From: Phoronis australis | Lineage: Eukaryota > Animalia > Phoronida | Assembly (NCBI GenBank): GCA_002633005.1 | Contig: NMRA01000013.1 | Coordinates: 168,033-232,032, forward strand | Reading direction: 5' to 3' | Length of the DNA stretch: 64,000 nt | Part shown: one piece after another, positions 52,553 to 64,000 of the stretch | Numbering within the stretch: position 1 is the stretch's first letter | Layout: each line of letters opens with the position of its first letter | Program-made: the position numbers and the translations under genes | Notes under the pieces: model-generated | Databases searched by the model: none | Seen by the model: the letters and a program-made list of their open reading frames with translations, nothing else | What the model was told of the DNA's origin: nothing

Positions 52553-53233
52553 CTAAAGCATATGAGGCAAATTAGAAACCTGAATAAACTGTACGATAAA
52601 CACGTTTGAGGTTGAAACTTATATTTGGTCACAGATGAAACTATACATACAACCAAGAACATGACTTAAATAAATAATCAAATCAGACAGCAGTGTAAGA
52701 TATAACATTACACAAAATTAGAGTGTGACCTTTGGAGTGAAAAACAACATTAAATTTTGAGCAATTTTTACTGCACAAATTTTAGCTTTAATTACCTCTT
52801 GCTTTGCCCTCGGGAATTATGCCAACAGCAATCGCAAGTGAACAGTACACATCAAAAATAATCAGACAAAATTATCTGAAGTTCCCCAACATGGAGGGTG
52901 GGAGCAAGTAAAATTCCCCGTCATGCCAGTTAAGTGCATACTTAAATGACTACTAGATAGGCTAAAATGCCCCGTTAAGACAGGGAAACAATTTTGTCTG
53001 GTTTACTTTTAGCCTCTACTACAGGACTTTTCTTCAGTTTCAGCTCCCTCAACCTGGTTCCTTCAGTTTTGTCAGAAACTGCAGAGTGATTCTAACATAT
53101 TTTTGTTGGTTGCGTAAAGGGGAACTGACTTAGCTCCCTTTTCTCATGCATTACAATAGTGGGTGACCATACAAATGGGGGGATTTGCTATAATTTATAA
53201 ATAGGGAGACAGTCAACAGATGTCGACGCAACT

Positions 53234-55013
53234 AACAAGAGCAACGCGGAGTGTTGAAATGCGCCCACACAAATGGAGTGCTTTTAGGGTTGCTTATTTG
53301 TGTCATAAAAATGGCCACTAGATGGCGCAAAAACATACAATCCATCTGAAAACGGGAACATGTCATTATAGAAAGCATTACACCAAATTTCATAGAAATC
53401 CGTCACCGAACTTCAGAAAAACAAAGGAAAACAGAATAAAAAGCAATTGCCACTAGGGGGCACAGTGTTCATTGGATCTGCCTGAAAGTCGTCATTGTCT
53501 GCTGTTAGCTTCATATAAATACACTTACAATATTTAGTAAAGATTCTGCAGTGGGTTTAAGAGATCCAGCTATGGGCACAAAACAAAACAAAACTACCAC
53601 TAGGTGGCACCAGAGTAGTCAAAGTCATCATCATCAACCGTTCTTTTCACACTGAGCACATATACGCCAATCTTCAAAACCATCCTTAGAATGATTTGGT
53701 TGATAGAGAGGTAGACGCCAAAAAACAGGCTCGAAAAGAGCAAAAATGGCCATCCGTTGTCAACATCACATAAACATACTTCTTAAATTTAGTAAAGAAC
53801 CTACAAACGGTTTAGGAGATACAGCCATGGGCACAAAAAAGAAACTGTCACTAGGAGGTGCCACAGTAGTCTAGGTCATCCGAAAATCATCCTCAGCCAT
53901 CCACTTCATAGTAAAACTAAAATTGCCACCAGGGGGCATACCAGTAGTCAGATCCATCCCAAAATCATCGTCATCCGTTGTCAACATCACATAAACATAC
54001 TTCTTAAATTTAGTAAAGAACCTACAAACGGTTTAGGAGATACAGCCATGGGCACAAAAAAGAAACTGTCACTAGGAGGTGCCACAGTGGTCGAGGTCAT
54101 CCGAAAATCATCCTCAGCCATCCACTTCATAGTAAAAACATACATGCCAATTTTCACAGTTATCCTGACAGCAGTTTGGTTGATAGAGGGTGGACACCAA
54201 AAAAACAGGCTCGAAAACAGGAAAAATGGCCACTAGGTGGTGCAAACTAGGTCGAATCTATCTGAAAACATAAAAGATAGCGTCAACTCACTAACAGAAG
54301 CCTGTAGGCCAAATTTTATGAAATTACGTTGAGAACCTTTGAAGATACAGTGGTAAACGTAAAAAAATAAAATTGCCACCAGGTGGCACACCAGTTGTCA
54401 GATCTGTCCGAAAATTGTTGTCGTCTATTGTCAACATCATATAAATGCACTATCTAAATTTAGTAAAGATGCTGCAAACGGTTTAGGAGATATAGCCACT
54501 AGGAGGTGCCACAGTAGACGAAGTCGTTGGAAAATCACCGTCAACCGTTCTCTTCATGCTAAAAACATACATGCCAATTTTCACAATCATGCTTAAAGTG
54601 GTTTGGTTGATAGAGGGGTGAACGTCAAAAAACACTCGAAAACAGTAAAAATGGCCACTTGGTGGCGCAAACTACATCAAATACATCCGAAAACGAGAAG
54701 ATACCGGTTGTCTCACTAATAGATGCCTATATACCAAATTTTATGAAAATACGTTGAGGGCCTTTGAAGATACAGACTGAGGTAAACGTAAAAAAACTAA
54801 AATTGCCACTAGGGGGCACACCGGTAGTCGGATCTGTCTTAAAATTCGCTCATGCTGTCCCATCCATCAAAGGAACACATGTTCAAAATTTCATGAACAT
54901 GCGTCAATCGGTTTTGGAGATAGAGCAGCGGACGCCGGACAGACGCTGCCTGGACGGACGGACGGAGATGACGGCATAATGTGTCCACATATAAATATGT
55001 GGGCGCATAAAAA
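53234..55013 (+). mobile_element. Pearl/HINE-like (non-autonomous Helentron-type) element with tandem core repeats, in an MRPS31 intron
   Basis: Starts AACAAGAGC; subterminal inverted repeat ATGCGCCCACA (53259) / TGTGGGCGCAT (54998); tandem degenerate cores; (GGAC)n microsatellite at about 54951; 3' hairpin followed by an A run. Confidence 0.7.
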
Positions 55014-55034
55014 TGATACTCTCATCAGTCTTAC

Positions 55035-55175
55035 CTTGCTCATTGTCAATGGGAAAATGCCACAGTTTGCCTTGTTTTGTCCACTGAATCATTTCTTCAA
55101 AGGCGTTTGTGGGAGGTCGGTCGGCCATCTTGTCTAGCTCCTCCTGCTGCACTATGTCCCATAAACTTTGTTTTG
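55035..55175 (-). CDS. MRPS31: MRPS31 internal exon
   Basis: atcag| KQSLWDIVQQEELDKMADRPPTNAFEEMIQWTKQGKLWHFPIDNEQ G |gtaaga; phase-compatible with both neighbours. Confidence 0.95.
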
Positions 55176-56991
55176 CTGATTATTTTGAAAAAAATCAAAA
55201 CACAAATAACGCCATGGAATAGAACAAAAACATACCGATCCTGAAGACAATGTCAGCTTATATGAGTGGAGAAAGAGCAACTGAATGTTGTTCTGATCTC
55301 CATATGATCTGACATGCTCAAGGATAAGTCTCTATTGAATACAACCACTAAATACTCCTTTCTTTGTATGTTAAACTGCAGTCATGTGTACCACCAAAAC
55401 TGCATTCGAGTACTTTTGACACCAGCTTTACAGATTTTCACCACTTAATTTTCGTAGATTTTCATGTAGTAACCAAACATTGAATATTCGAACTTTACAG
55501 CATGTGAGCCTATTGGAACTGTGTTTTGCTGGTACTTTTCCTAGTTACTTGCATTAGGAACAGTTTAATACACATAGTGATTTGATCACCAATTTTCCTA
55601 ATTCCCCATGGTGTTTAGTTGGAGGATTACGCTTGCAGCAGTGAAAAGATCTAGTTCACCAATAGAAAGGTTCCTCTCTCAACTTACAATAAATAATTAG
55701 GTATTACATGCTGCAATGGTAATACATACTGGGAATCGTGATAAGTCATATACATAACAAAGAGTTCCTTGCTTCAAAAGTTATGCTAGTTTCTTAAACC
55801 AAAAACGTGTCACCAAAAAGTGCTCATTACTCTGCACTGGACAATGTTTACACCAGACATGTTCTTAACTATTGATAAAAGTTGAGAATAATTGTTCACT
55901 GCAAGCATCCATTAGCTGATAAACATGTACCACTGAACTGCCTGTCAAAAAACCTTGACTGTAGCCAACAGCTCGACGTGCGGCAAATTCACTGCGGTCA
56001 CCATGTGCACAAGAAAACAACACGCTACACAACTTTGCAATATAAATTCGATGACCTCTTCCATTAGACAGTGTCATTCTTCAGAATAACGTGGCAAAAA
56101 CAACCTGATGTTCCATTCACTCCGAAGCTATTTTTGTCCCAGCTTGGAATATGTAGCCTCACACGTTTTGCCATTTTGACAACAGTACGTATTTAGCAAG
56201 AGATAGCTGGAAATAAACAACTCACCAGCCATAGAAGTTGTTGCTTATAGTTTAGGCTGGTGATGATGAATATCAGTAGACAAAGCCTTGCGATTTGACA
56301 ATTATCTTGCTACATTCAGAATGAATATTGCGCAAGTTTCCGACTTTGGAACTCATTTTTTAGCTAAAATAATACGAACACGTTCTAATTTAAAAGTCTT
56401 ATACCATTTCTATTATTAGCTTATCACTAAGTGAGTGACAACTCAGTAAATACTCAGCTTCGATTTGCATATTTTGCCTGGTCTTGTGTACTTGCGTACT
56501 ACAAGCCAAATTTCCATAGGAATCTGCATTTTTTTGTGTATGGTACACAGGTCTGAAATCGGCATTTTTCCTGATTTGATGTAGTGCCATAGTCTGCTTG
56601 ATGACTTTGCTTAAATGGTCAGGGTTCATGATTTCTGTAGCCTGTAACTGGTCAATGCTTTCACGAATGGGGACATTTGTCATCTGGGAGAATTAAAGTT
56701 ATATTCGACTAGCCAGTCAACATGGCCTCATAACAGAAGTCACTGCAATGTGTTTCAACCAAACATAGGACAGAGATATCAGTGGTAGTGTAGAAATATT
56801 CCTTGATTAAAAAAATTTGAAAAGCTCATTCATAACTTAAAGTGTATGACGGAATATATTAGTAGTATATTTGTGCGAAATGAGTCATGCTCGAAGAATC
56901 CGACAAAAACTTTACTGGGAAGCTTGAAGAAAGCTTTGTGGAATGACTTCGTTGCAGTAATCAACTATAAAGAGCAGGCAACCTCACTTAC

Positions 56992-57080
56992 TTGGTGTCG
57001 TCTCTAGGGCCTGCAGCTTTTCAATATCAAATATTTTCAGTCTCTGGCCATCAAATAGCTTGTAGTTTTCTTTTGTGGAC
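56992..57080 (-). CDS. MRPS31: MRPS31 internal exon
   Basis: ttttag| STKENYKLFDGQRLKIFDIEKLQALETTP |gtaagt; resembles the mS31 FxGxRLxIFD motif; 89 nt, phases fit. Confidence 0.88.
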
Positions 57081-57361
57081 CTAAAAGTTTGAATCACTTA
57101 ACAACTAATGAAAACACAATAAAACAACTCTGAATAGAAAATGAGAAATTTGTCCATTACATGTACAATTCCCTAAACAACAAAATAGACTAACTGCTTT
57201 TTTAAGATAGGAGGACCACAAAAATTAAGGTGTTTGTTCCAGCAGTTAACTTTACACTGTATATTGTTTAAAACTTTAAATGACTTAGAAAGTATTAGTA
57301 AAGAGGCTTTTGATGAGAGAGAAAATGTCTATTCATGAACAACACAAAAGTGCTGAGGAGA

Positions 57362-57610
57362 AAGTTGGGTGAGGCGGAGGGGCACAGGGAGGGAGAGATG
57401 GAAGGAAGGAGTAAGACCGGGTAAGGAGGTAGGGAGGGCACTTTAGGAGGGTTGGGGGTGGGAGGGGAGAGAGATAGCGGGATAGAGAGAGGGTGGAGAG
57501 GGAGGAGGCAGGAAGGGAGGAAAGGAAGAGTGGTAAGGAGAGGGGACGGAGGGGGAAGGGAGCTATGGATGGAAGGAGGACACGTGGGGGGAGCAAGAGA
57601 AGAATAGGTG
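57362..57610 (+). repeat. Purine-rich (GGA/GAG) low-complexity tract in an MRPS31 intron
   Basis: About 250 nt strongly biased to G/A on the plus strand. Confidence 0.85.
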
Positions 57611-57634
57611 AGATAAGCACATTCGAACACATAC

Positions 57635-57713
57635 CTTCGCCCTCTCATTTGACCACCAGGGGTAGAAGATATACCAGTCCGCTGCGTAGCACCACTTGAA
57701 ACCGGTGGTTTGT
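57635..57713 (-). CDS. MRPS31: MRPS31 internal exon (low-complexity linker)
   Basis: ttcacag| KPPVSSGATQRTGISSTPGGQMRGR |gtatgt; 79 nt, and it supplies the phase shift needed between the flanking exons. Confidence 0.75.
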
Positions 57714-57926
57714 CTGTGAACAATATGACAAGGGTAAGCATACAATCAGTGAGTCCATATTACAAGTGCTACGGAAATGCATTTGAAAGAACATTTAGTA
57801 ATACAGATCATGTCAGTTATACATTTGGCTTTAGGGGCAAATAAATGTTAGCACGATTTTGTAACTCCGCTAATCACTTCGTTTACTTCGGAATCCAAAA
57901 AAGCACTCCCCTTAATCCCAAAGCAA

Positions 57927-58015
57927 CCCCCCCCCCCGTGTTCACAAACCTACCCCCTTGTTCACAAAATCACCCCCTTGTTCTCAAAATCACCCCCTTG
58001 TTCATGAAATCACCT
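57927..58015 (+). repeat. 20-bp minisatellite, about 4 copies
   Basis: Tandem units of CCCCCTTGTTCACAAAATCA. Confidence 0.8.
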
Positions 58016-58263
58016 TAAGAGCAGAGTACAATGAGGTTACAGGCTTAATACCGGTAAGCTTAAACATGAGATTGTCTTTAGGAAAAATATATAAAGCATT
58101 CCCGGCATGAGCAAATACACTTTGTATACTGTTGAATGTTTAACCTGAACAAATACCATGATAATAGAACTAACATACAATGTAAAAAACATGCACTCTC
58201 AGCAACTTGGTGACCTGAGCATTTTATGTATCAATATTTTCCATAACAAAAACATTCACCAAC

Positions 58264-58310
58264 CTTCTTGCATCTTGGTTCTGTCTACCTTCATACCAGA
58301 CAAAATGTCA
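58264..58310 (-). CDS. MRPS31: MRPS31 small internal exon
   Basis: atttcag| DILSGMKVDRTKMQE |gttggt; mS31-like 'I.S.MKV' motif; 47 nt, phases fit. Confidence 0.8.
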
Positions 58311-58584
58311 CTGAAATAATTAAACGAAAGTTAGACACTTTCCTAAGGCATGAGAGTCATGAGATGAGAAAACTGTGACGAAATAGAAGCACTTAGCTGT
58401 TTAGGCAATGCATATTATTATTCATCTAAATAAGCAGGTGTGAAAATATATATATCACAACTTTTCAAACTTTCTATGAAATAAATGTCAGGAAATTCAT
58501 TTTATTAACATAGCAAAGATATATATAATTTTTTTGCATCAACTTGGCTCTTTAATAACTACATGAGTGTAAAAGTTTATAATC

Positions 58585-59190
58585 CAATATACTTGAACGA
58601 GGGCAACAACAGCAAGGCTGGGGAACTGACATGAGCCCACAGTGCATTGCAAATGATGTTTCTAGAGGCCACAAGGAGGTGTTGTAGTACTCGAATCTGC
58701 CCGAAAATCAAATGGTGATGGCGCATTGTCATCACATAATCTACGTAAAGTTTCAGTGAAATCCGTCAATTGGTTACAACTCTATAAATCATCTAGAAAC
58801 ACTCTTCCTCCAAACAACCCCCCCCCCATGTAACGATGCTGCAATGGTGCATTGACATCACATATGTCTGCGTCGAATTTTGTTGACATCTAGTCAATTG
58901 GTTATTTAGATATCATCTTCACCTAAACAACATTTGGAAACACTCTTTTTAGAACAAAATGGCTGTAGGAGGAACTACAGTAGTCAAATAGTCAAATCTC
59001 CCCAATAATTTGAAAGTGATGGTGCACTGACATCAGGTAATTCTGTGTCGAGTTACATTAAAATCCATCTATCGATTCTCTATCATCCAGAAACACTCTT
59101 CCCCAAAACAACACTTGAAAAGCCCCTTGTTGAGAACAAAATGGTCACTAGGAGGTGCTGCAATACAGCTGCCAACCTTCCCAATGACAG
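58585..59190 (+). mobile_element. Older degenerate relative of the pearl/HINE-like element
   Basis: Repeated cores (GGCCACAAGGAGGTG / GGTCACTAGGAGGTG, GATGG[C/T]GCA[T/C]TG, AAACACTCTT) resemble those in 53234-55013. Confidence 0.5.
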
Positions 59191-59216
59191 GCACTGGGAG
59201 GCCCGGGCACTCTCAC

Positions 59217-59390
59217 CTGGTATTGAGTGAATCTATCCCGTCAGTCCCTTCTCTTCGTTTTCTTGTCTTCTGGACATGCTTCTGGAGCTGACGCAGTAAA
59301 TCCGATTCGATCGTGGACTCGGCACCAGGAAATTTCCCTGCTACTGAGCGTGCTGCTAATACAAGGCTGGGATCAATGCCATCTTCAGTA
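59217..59390 (-). CDS. MRPS31: MRPS31 internal exon
   Basis: atttcag| TEDGIDPSLVLAARSVAGKFPGAESTIESDLLRQLQKH...NT |gtgaga; resembles mS31 'LVAAA.AVA...T.SELL.QL'. Confidence 0.88.
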
Positions 59391-60539
59391 CTGAAATAAA
59401 ATAGATCATAAAATATGACCCACCAGAGATGGACTTTAAGAGAACATCCATGTTCAATTAAATATACCTAGTATGGAAATTACCCAGCACGTGCAATGTT
59501 ATTATGGTGATTTTCTATTCTCATAGCTCCTCTTGCTACAAGAACACATCAATACTGTGATAATGCATGGGTTCTGCAGGCCAACCGTTCACTTTTCAAA
59601 CCTTTGAAAGTTCAGTAAAAATACAGTGAGTTATCCCACTAAACTGTCATATTTTCATAACATTTCTAGCCAATGGTATTTAGTTGTGTGTCTGAATAGA
59701 CAGCCATTTAATTGAGGAACAAATTACACAAAGATTTTCTTACAGGCATAAATGGGCATTAGCCACGTTTGACCAATTTGAAAATTTATACGTCCAATAA
59801 ATCAAATTTTCATTGGTTTTAAATGCTTTATTGAGGAATGATGTACAAAAATGGAAATTATCATTATTTTTTAAAGCAGTATCATGCTCGAATTTCAAGT
59901 CAAGGAATTAGAATGTGTAAGCACGTCACTAGAGTGGGAATGCTGAACTTCGGCATCCATCAAAATTGTTGGCAAGGGACACTCCTGTGGCAATGGTGAA
60001 TGTCCGCCACCTTTTAATAACTGCGATGACGATAGTCTTACCTACCAATAATTTCAATGTCTCTTAACTACCAAACCTAATGAAAAAGCTCAAAATAACT
60101 TTACACTTTACGTTGATGCTTCCATCACACTGGACTGAACTTGATGGGGAAAGGTGTAAGAAAAAACAGCAACAAAAACAAATACAAATAATTGAATAAA
60201 TACAACAGCACACATTGTAGACTCCTGAAAATAGAACTGAAGAACACTACCACTTATTTTTCAGCATGTGCGACACATTTGAGTGGCCTACCAGCAGGTT
60301 TAAATGCCACTGGTACTTTTGAGATTTCAAGTGTAGATAGAGATCAGTGTTAGGTACTGCTTGAAAATATAAAATTGTTACTACTAACTTGCAGTGCAGA
60401 GTACATCGGTACCACCAAGATCTACTGGCATACTTGTTCACATGTTTGTGTTTCAGACACAGCAAGGTTTTCAGTTGTGAAAACCATGGAAACAGTCACA
60501 GCATTACAACATATAATGCATCTCTATACAATAAATCAC

Positions 60540-60713
60540 CTTATAGTTTGAGTTTCTTTGGGTTCCCCCTGACTGTCCCGAACTCTTTTACGAGTCGGTT
60601 TAGCCAGGTCCAATTTCTTGGTCACCTCTTCATCTCCACTGCTACTGTCTGATGAATTGAAGTTTCTGGCTAAGCGGAGCAACCGTGGAAGTCTGCAGTA
60701 ATCTAATAGCAAC
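60540..60713 (-). CDS. MRPS31: MRPS31 probable second coding exon (end of mitochondrial targeting peptide); first exon not found
   Basis: ttctag| LLLDYCRLPRLLRLARNFNSSDSSSGDEE...TQTI |gtgatt; R/L-rich presequence-like start; 174 nt, phase fits the next exon. Confidence 0.72.
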
Positions 60714-61585
60714 CTAGAACAAAATGGTGACACTAGTTGAAGTATCCTGCAATCACTTGACTATTGGTCGGCAATTGAAAAATAATTGCACTTTGGACTG
60801 CTGCTTAAAATGCTGTACATCTGTTGTGAGGGATTGCAGATTCGGTACAGAGACCAAAGCAGTAGTAGAGTATCTATGTGAGTGGCAGAAGTCCAACCTC
60901 ACCAGGGATCAGGTTGAACAGAAAAACAAGGGAGCTTTTTAAGTTGCTGGAGTGAGCTTTACTACAAATGCTAGGTCAAGCCAAGCAAGCAACAAAATAC
61001 TGCTGTTAGAATTTAAGAGTGTATTTTCAAAGTATTGGAGTGAGCTTCCCTGTGAGCATTTTATTTTCTCAAATGGTGCAGTTTTTGCATTGACCAATTT
61101 AGGAAGACACAACATAGGAGACAAGGGAGATATGTACCAAAAATATTCTTTTTTCATGTTCAAGTGCTGCTGTATGAAGATTCCATCAGATAATGTTTTT
61201 GGAATACTGTGGGAATTCACTACAATGTGACAACCCCTTGAAAAATGGCAGTCCCAGCAACTACGTTTGTCTGAGTTTAATGAGATTTTATCAAACTTAG
61301 AGAAAGGCTGATGCAAAAACATGAAACTGTGATACAACTGGAAAAAGCAAAATTTTGACATGTATATTGGTCAAGAGCTTCGAGAAATCATGCGCGATCT
61401 TTTAAAAGACTGCAGCTAACATCATATATTTTTGAGCATTTTACAGATTGGTTTGAAGTGCTTTCCAGAATTTCACTCCAGTGCGAAAAACGCAGAAGCG
61501 TGGCCCAACCTGACACCTGCTCAGTCAATAACTGATTACTGATTTTCAGCATTGTTACTGGCTGAGTGGAGACAAAACTGCTCAC

Positions 61586-61622
61586 CAGACAGACAAACAG
61601 ACAGACAGGCAGGCAGACAGAG
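61586..61622 (+). repeat. (CAGA)n microsatellite, probably part of another HINE-like remnant
   Basis: CAGACAGACAAACAGACAGACAGGCAGGCAGACAG. Confidence 0.7.
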
Positions 61623-62928
61623 ATGGACCTGACTGAGTAAGGCAACGGGTCAGATTGTACCCATATCAACTCCTACCGGGGCCTTAGATGCCTTGATTTT
61701 AGGCTGAATATTGGCCCCATTCCCCTATGAAAACCTTGCTAAATTCACCTCATCAAGCCCAAAAATTTCATCCAATGACCAAAAATTACCCTCAAGGTTA
61801 GAACCGCTTCTTTGAAACATTGATTTTGAAAGCATTGCCAATGTGGGGCACCACCAATTCCACCCCTCTTTTACTTTCTAAAGAAAAGAATTTGTTTCTA
61901 AACTCTTATGGAAAGTCCTACATTGCAACCAATGTGATGAGCTATCCACAGTACATTTCAAAGCTGCATGACAGATTTTTGGCCATTTTGTATCTATCAG
62001 AAAACTTTTATCCGAGTAGTTTATCACTTTTTCACAAATGCCACTGCATTCTGAATTTTTCCTGAAGTGAAGAATCTAATTGTAATTTTAATTGTATCTA
62101 ACTAGGGAGAACAGCATTTTTCAAAAATTTTAGAAAATGTGCATGTAATATACATCATTAGAAAGCTCTTTTCGAGACTAAAATAACGATAGTAAAATTT
62201 TTTAAATTGGTTCCGGAGAAAATGTCATTTTCGTGTCAAAATTTTTGGTAAAAATTCTGTCAAATCGAATCTGCGAGTTCAAAATATTATTATTTCAAAA
62301 CTAAGAAACGTAAATAGACATGTAATACATCATTTTAAAGAACTTTTTATGATGAATAATTTGCCAAAAAAAACCATTTCGATTAGACGTTCCTGTGCGA
62401 AGATATTGACCTTAAAGTCAACACAGCCGACAAAGAGAAGTCACTACGTACAATTTTGCGATTTCGAATTTTCATAATATAACAATTACTCCAGGAAAAA
62501 ACAAATAAGGTATCATTTTAAAGATTTTTCATCAGGAAAGTTGAAACTTGATAATTGGTTGAGCAAATTATTAATATTATTTGTGATATTGTTTTTAACA
62601 ATCATGCTGTTTGCAACCGGCTTAACTTTGTCACTCAATTACATTAAGTAAAAATCAAAGATAAACAAACATCATTTCAAAAATGTATTGATGACAAGTA
62701 TGATATATAGAACATTTTAATACAAGCTTCTGAAAGACATATAATAAATAAAACTTTTACATAAACTTTCCACAACAATGTAATAAAATGAAGACCCTGT
62801 CATGAGCCATCCAGGAATGTTCATGCTATAAAACCAACAACTGGAATATTCATAATCCTAAAATTGTCTCAAGTGATATGAACACAAAAAAGAATTTATG
62901 ATGGACAGATAAATAAAGTTCTCAAGGC

Positions 62929-63088
62929 ATCCTCAAGGAAGGAGGGGCCAAACCCTTTCTGTGACAATTGGCAGTGGAGTACCTTCCAGTAAACAGACGC
63001 TCAGTGGAGTTCCTTACACAGACCTGTGGTATCCTCAAGGAAGGGGGCCAAACCCTTTCTGACTATCATAAGGCATTGGAGTATCTAC
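62929..63088 (+). repeat. ~100-bp-period tandem duplication
   Basis: ATCCTCAAGGAAGG(A)GGGGCCAAACCCTTTCTG...GGCA.TGGAGTA occurs twice. Confidence 0.75.
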
Positions 63089-64000
63089 TATGCAACACTG
63101 AGTTATTCCAGCACTTCGAAGTCCCTTTGACCAAAGTCATCAATCAGCCGAAAGGAGTAGATAGCCTCATCTTCGTTGTAATGGATATTAAACCAAGACA
63201 GATATCCGAGGACCTGAAAGAATACTATAATTCATAATTATTTGAACAGTGTTATGCGAAAATGTTACCCTACTTGGAAATTATGCACATTTTAACAAAG
63301 GTGACATAATACTATTAAACTACAAGGTTGTGAAAAGAAAAAAGAAATAGCTAGATAGGTCATGTCAGTATTTGTCTGACAGTGTCTTAAGAGGTGGTGT
63401 TGGCATATGGTACTTCTTCGCGGACTCCTCAACAGCATCAGGAGCTGAAAAGCACAGTCCGATAGGTGGAGGGGAGAGCCAAAATGAAGGAGGCTTTGAC
63501 CGTTTGTCTATGAGATCATGTCCAACTGAATAACTGATAAAATGCAAGTAGAATCAGTAGAAGCAGGAAAGTAGAAGGATCTGGACCAAGAGCTAGAAGC
63601 AGAGTCTGTTGAGAAAGAAATGTGAGACATGATGAAGATAGAAACTCAAAACAGGAGTGAAATTATAAGAACAAAAATAATGAAGAAAATAACAACTGGT
63701 TTGGTCCACAGTAAATTCCAACAAAGCTTACCTGGAGGATAAAGATCAGGGTGAGATTTATGAACAGTCTAGGCAAACCTCAATTGTTCCGTTAAAAACT
63801 ATATATACTGGCCCGTGGTCAGAAAAAAAGTTTATCGAAAGCATGTATGTTTCAAAGTAGTGGACCACAAAGTCTTGGAAACACAGGACTGCAGTAGAAC
63901 TGTACATTTGTAATATTTGTTTAATCTAAAATTAAAACATTTTCATTTTCTATCTTGACATATTCTGAATAAAATGTCATGACCAACAAGGCAAGATGGG

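Noticed and set aside
57295-57741. 148-aa Pro/Leu/Ser-rich ORF
   Set aside because: Read-through of a real 79-nt MRPS31 exon into a low-complexity intronic tract.
63732-63800. First coding exon of MRPS31 (strong donor CAG|GTAAGC)
   Set aside because: The required phase contains a TGA five codons upstream of the donor and no ATG after it.

Overview
AT-rich, intron-containing animal genomic DNA, most likely from a marine invertebrate (inference; species not determinable). Genes: (1) a tandem array of at least three divergent, intronless otopetrin (OTOP proton channel) genes on the minus strand at 1-9.3 kb, the first running off the window edge and absent from the ORF track; (2) a complete 4-exon beta-tubulin gene (446 aa); (3) an unrecognised 444-aa single-exon ORF; (4) an MFS transporter of the MFSD4/NaGLT1 type; (5) seven exons of mitochondrial ribosomal protein MRPS31 on the minus strand, 5' end not found. 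The rest is rich in mobile DNA. It includes a Neptune-type Penelope-like retroelement fragment with inverted terminal repeats carrying minimal hammerhead-ribozyme-like motifs, embedded in a TAAAATGTAACAA-repeat element that recurs about 4 kb away. It also includes several MITE families with 5-bp target duplications, a pearl/HINE-like element carrying 11 co-oriented CTCF-like motifs, LINE and SINE remnants, and a probable haplotype-join artefact. I found no clear evidence of a wholly new biological system. The best candidates for follow-up are the otopetrin array and the ribozyme-bearing composite element.
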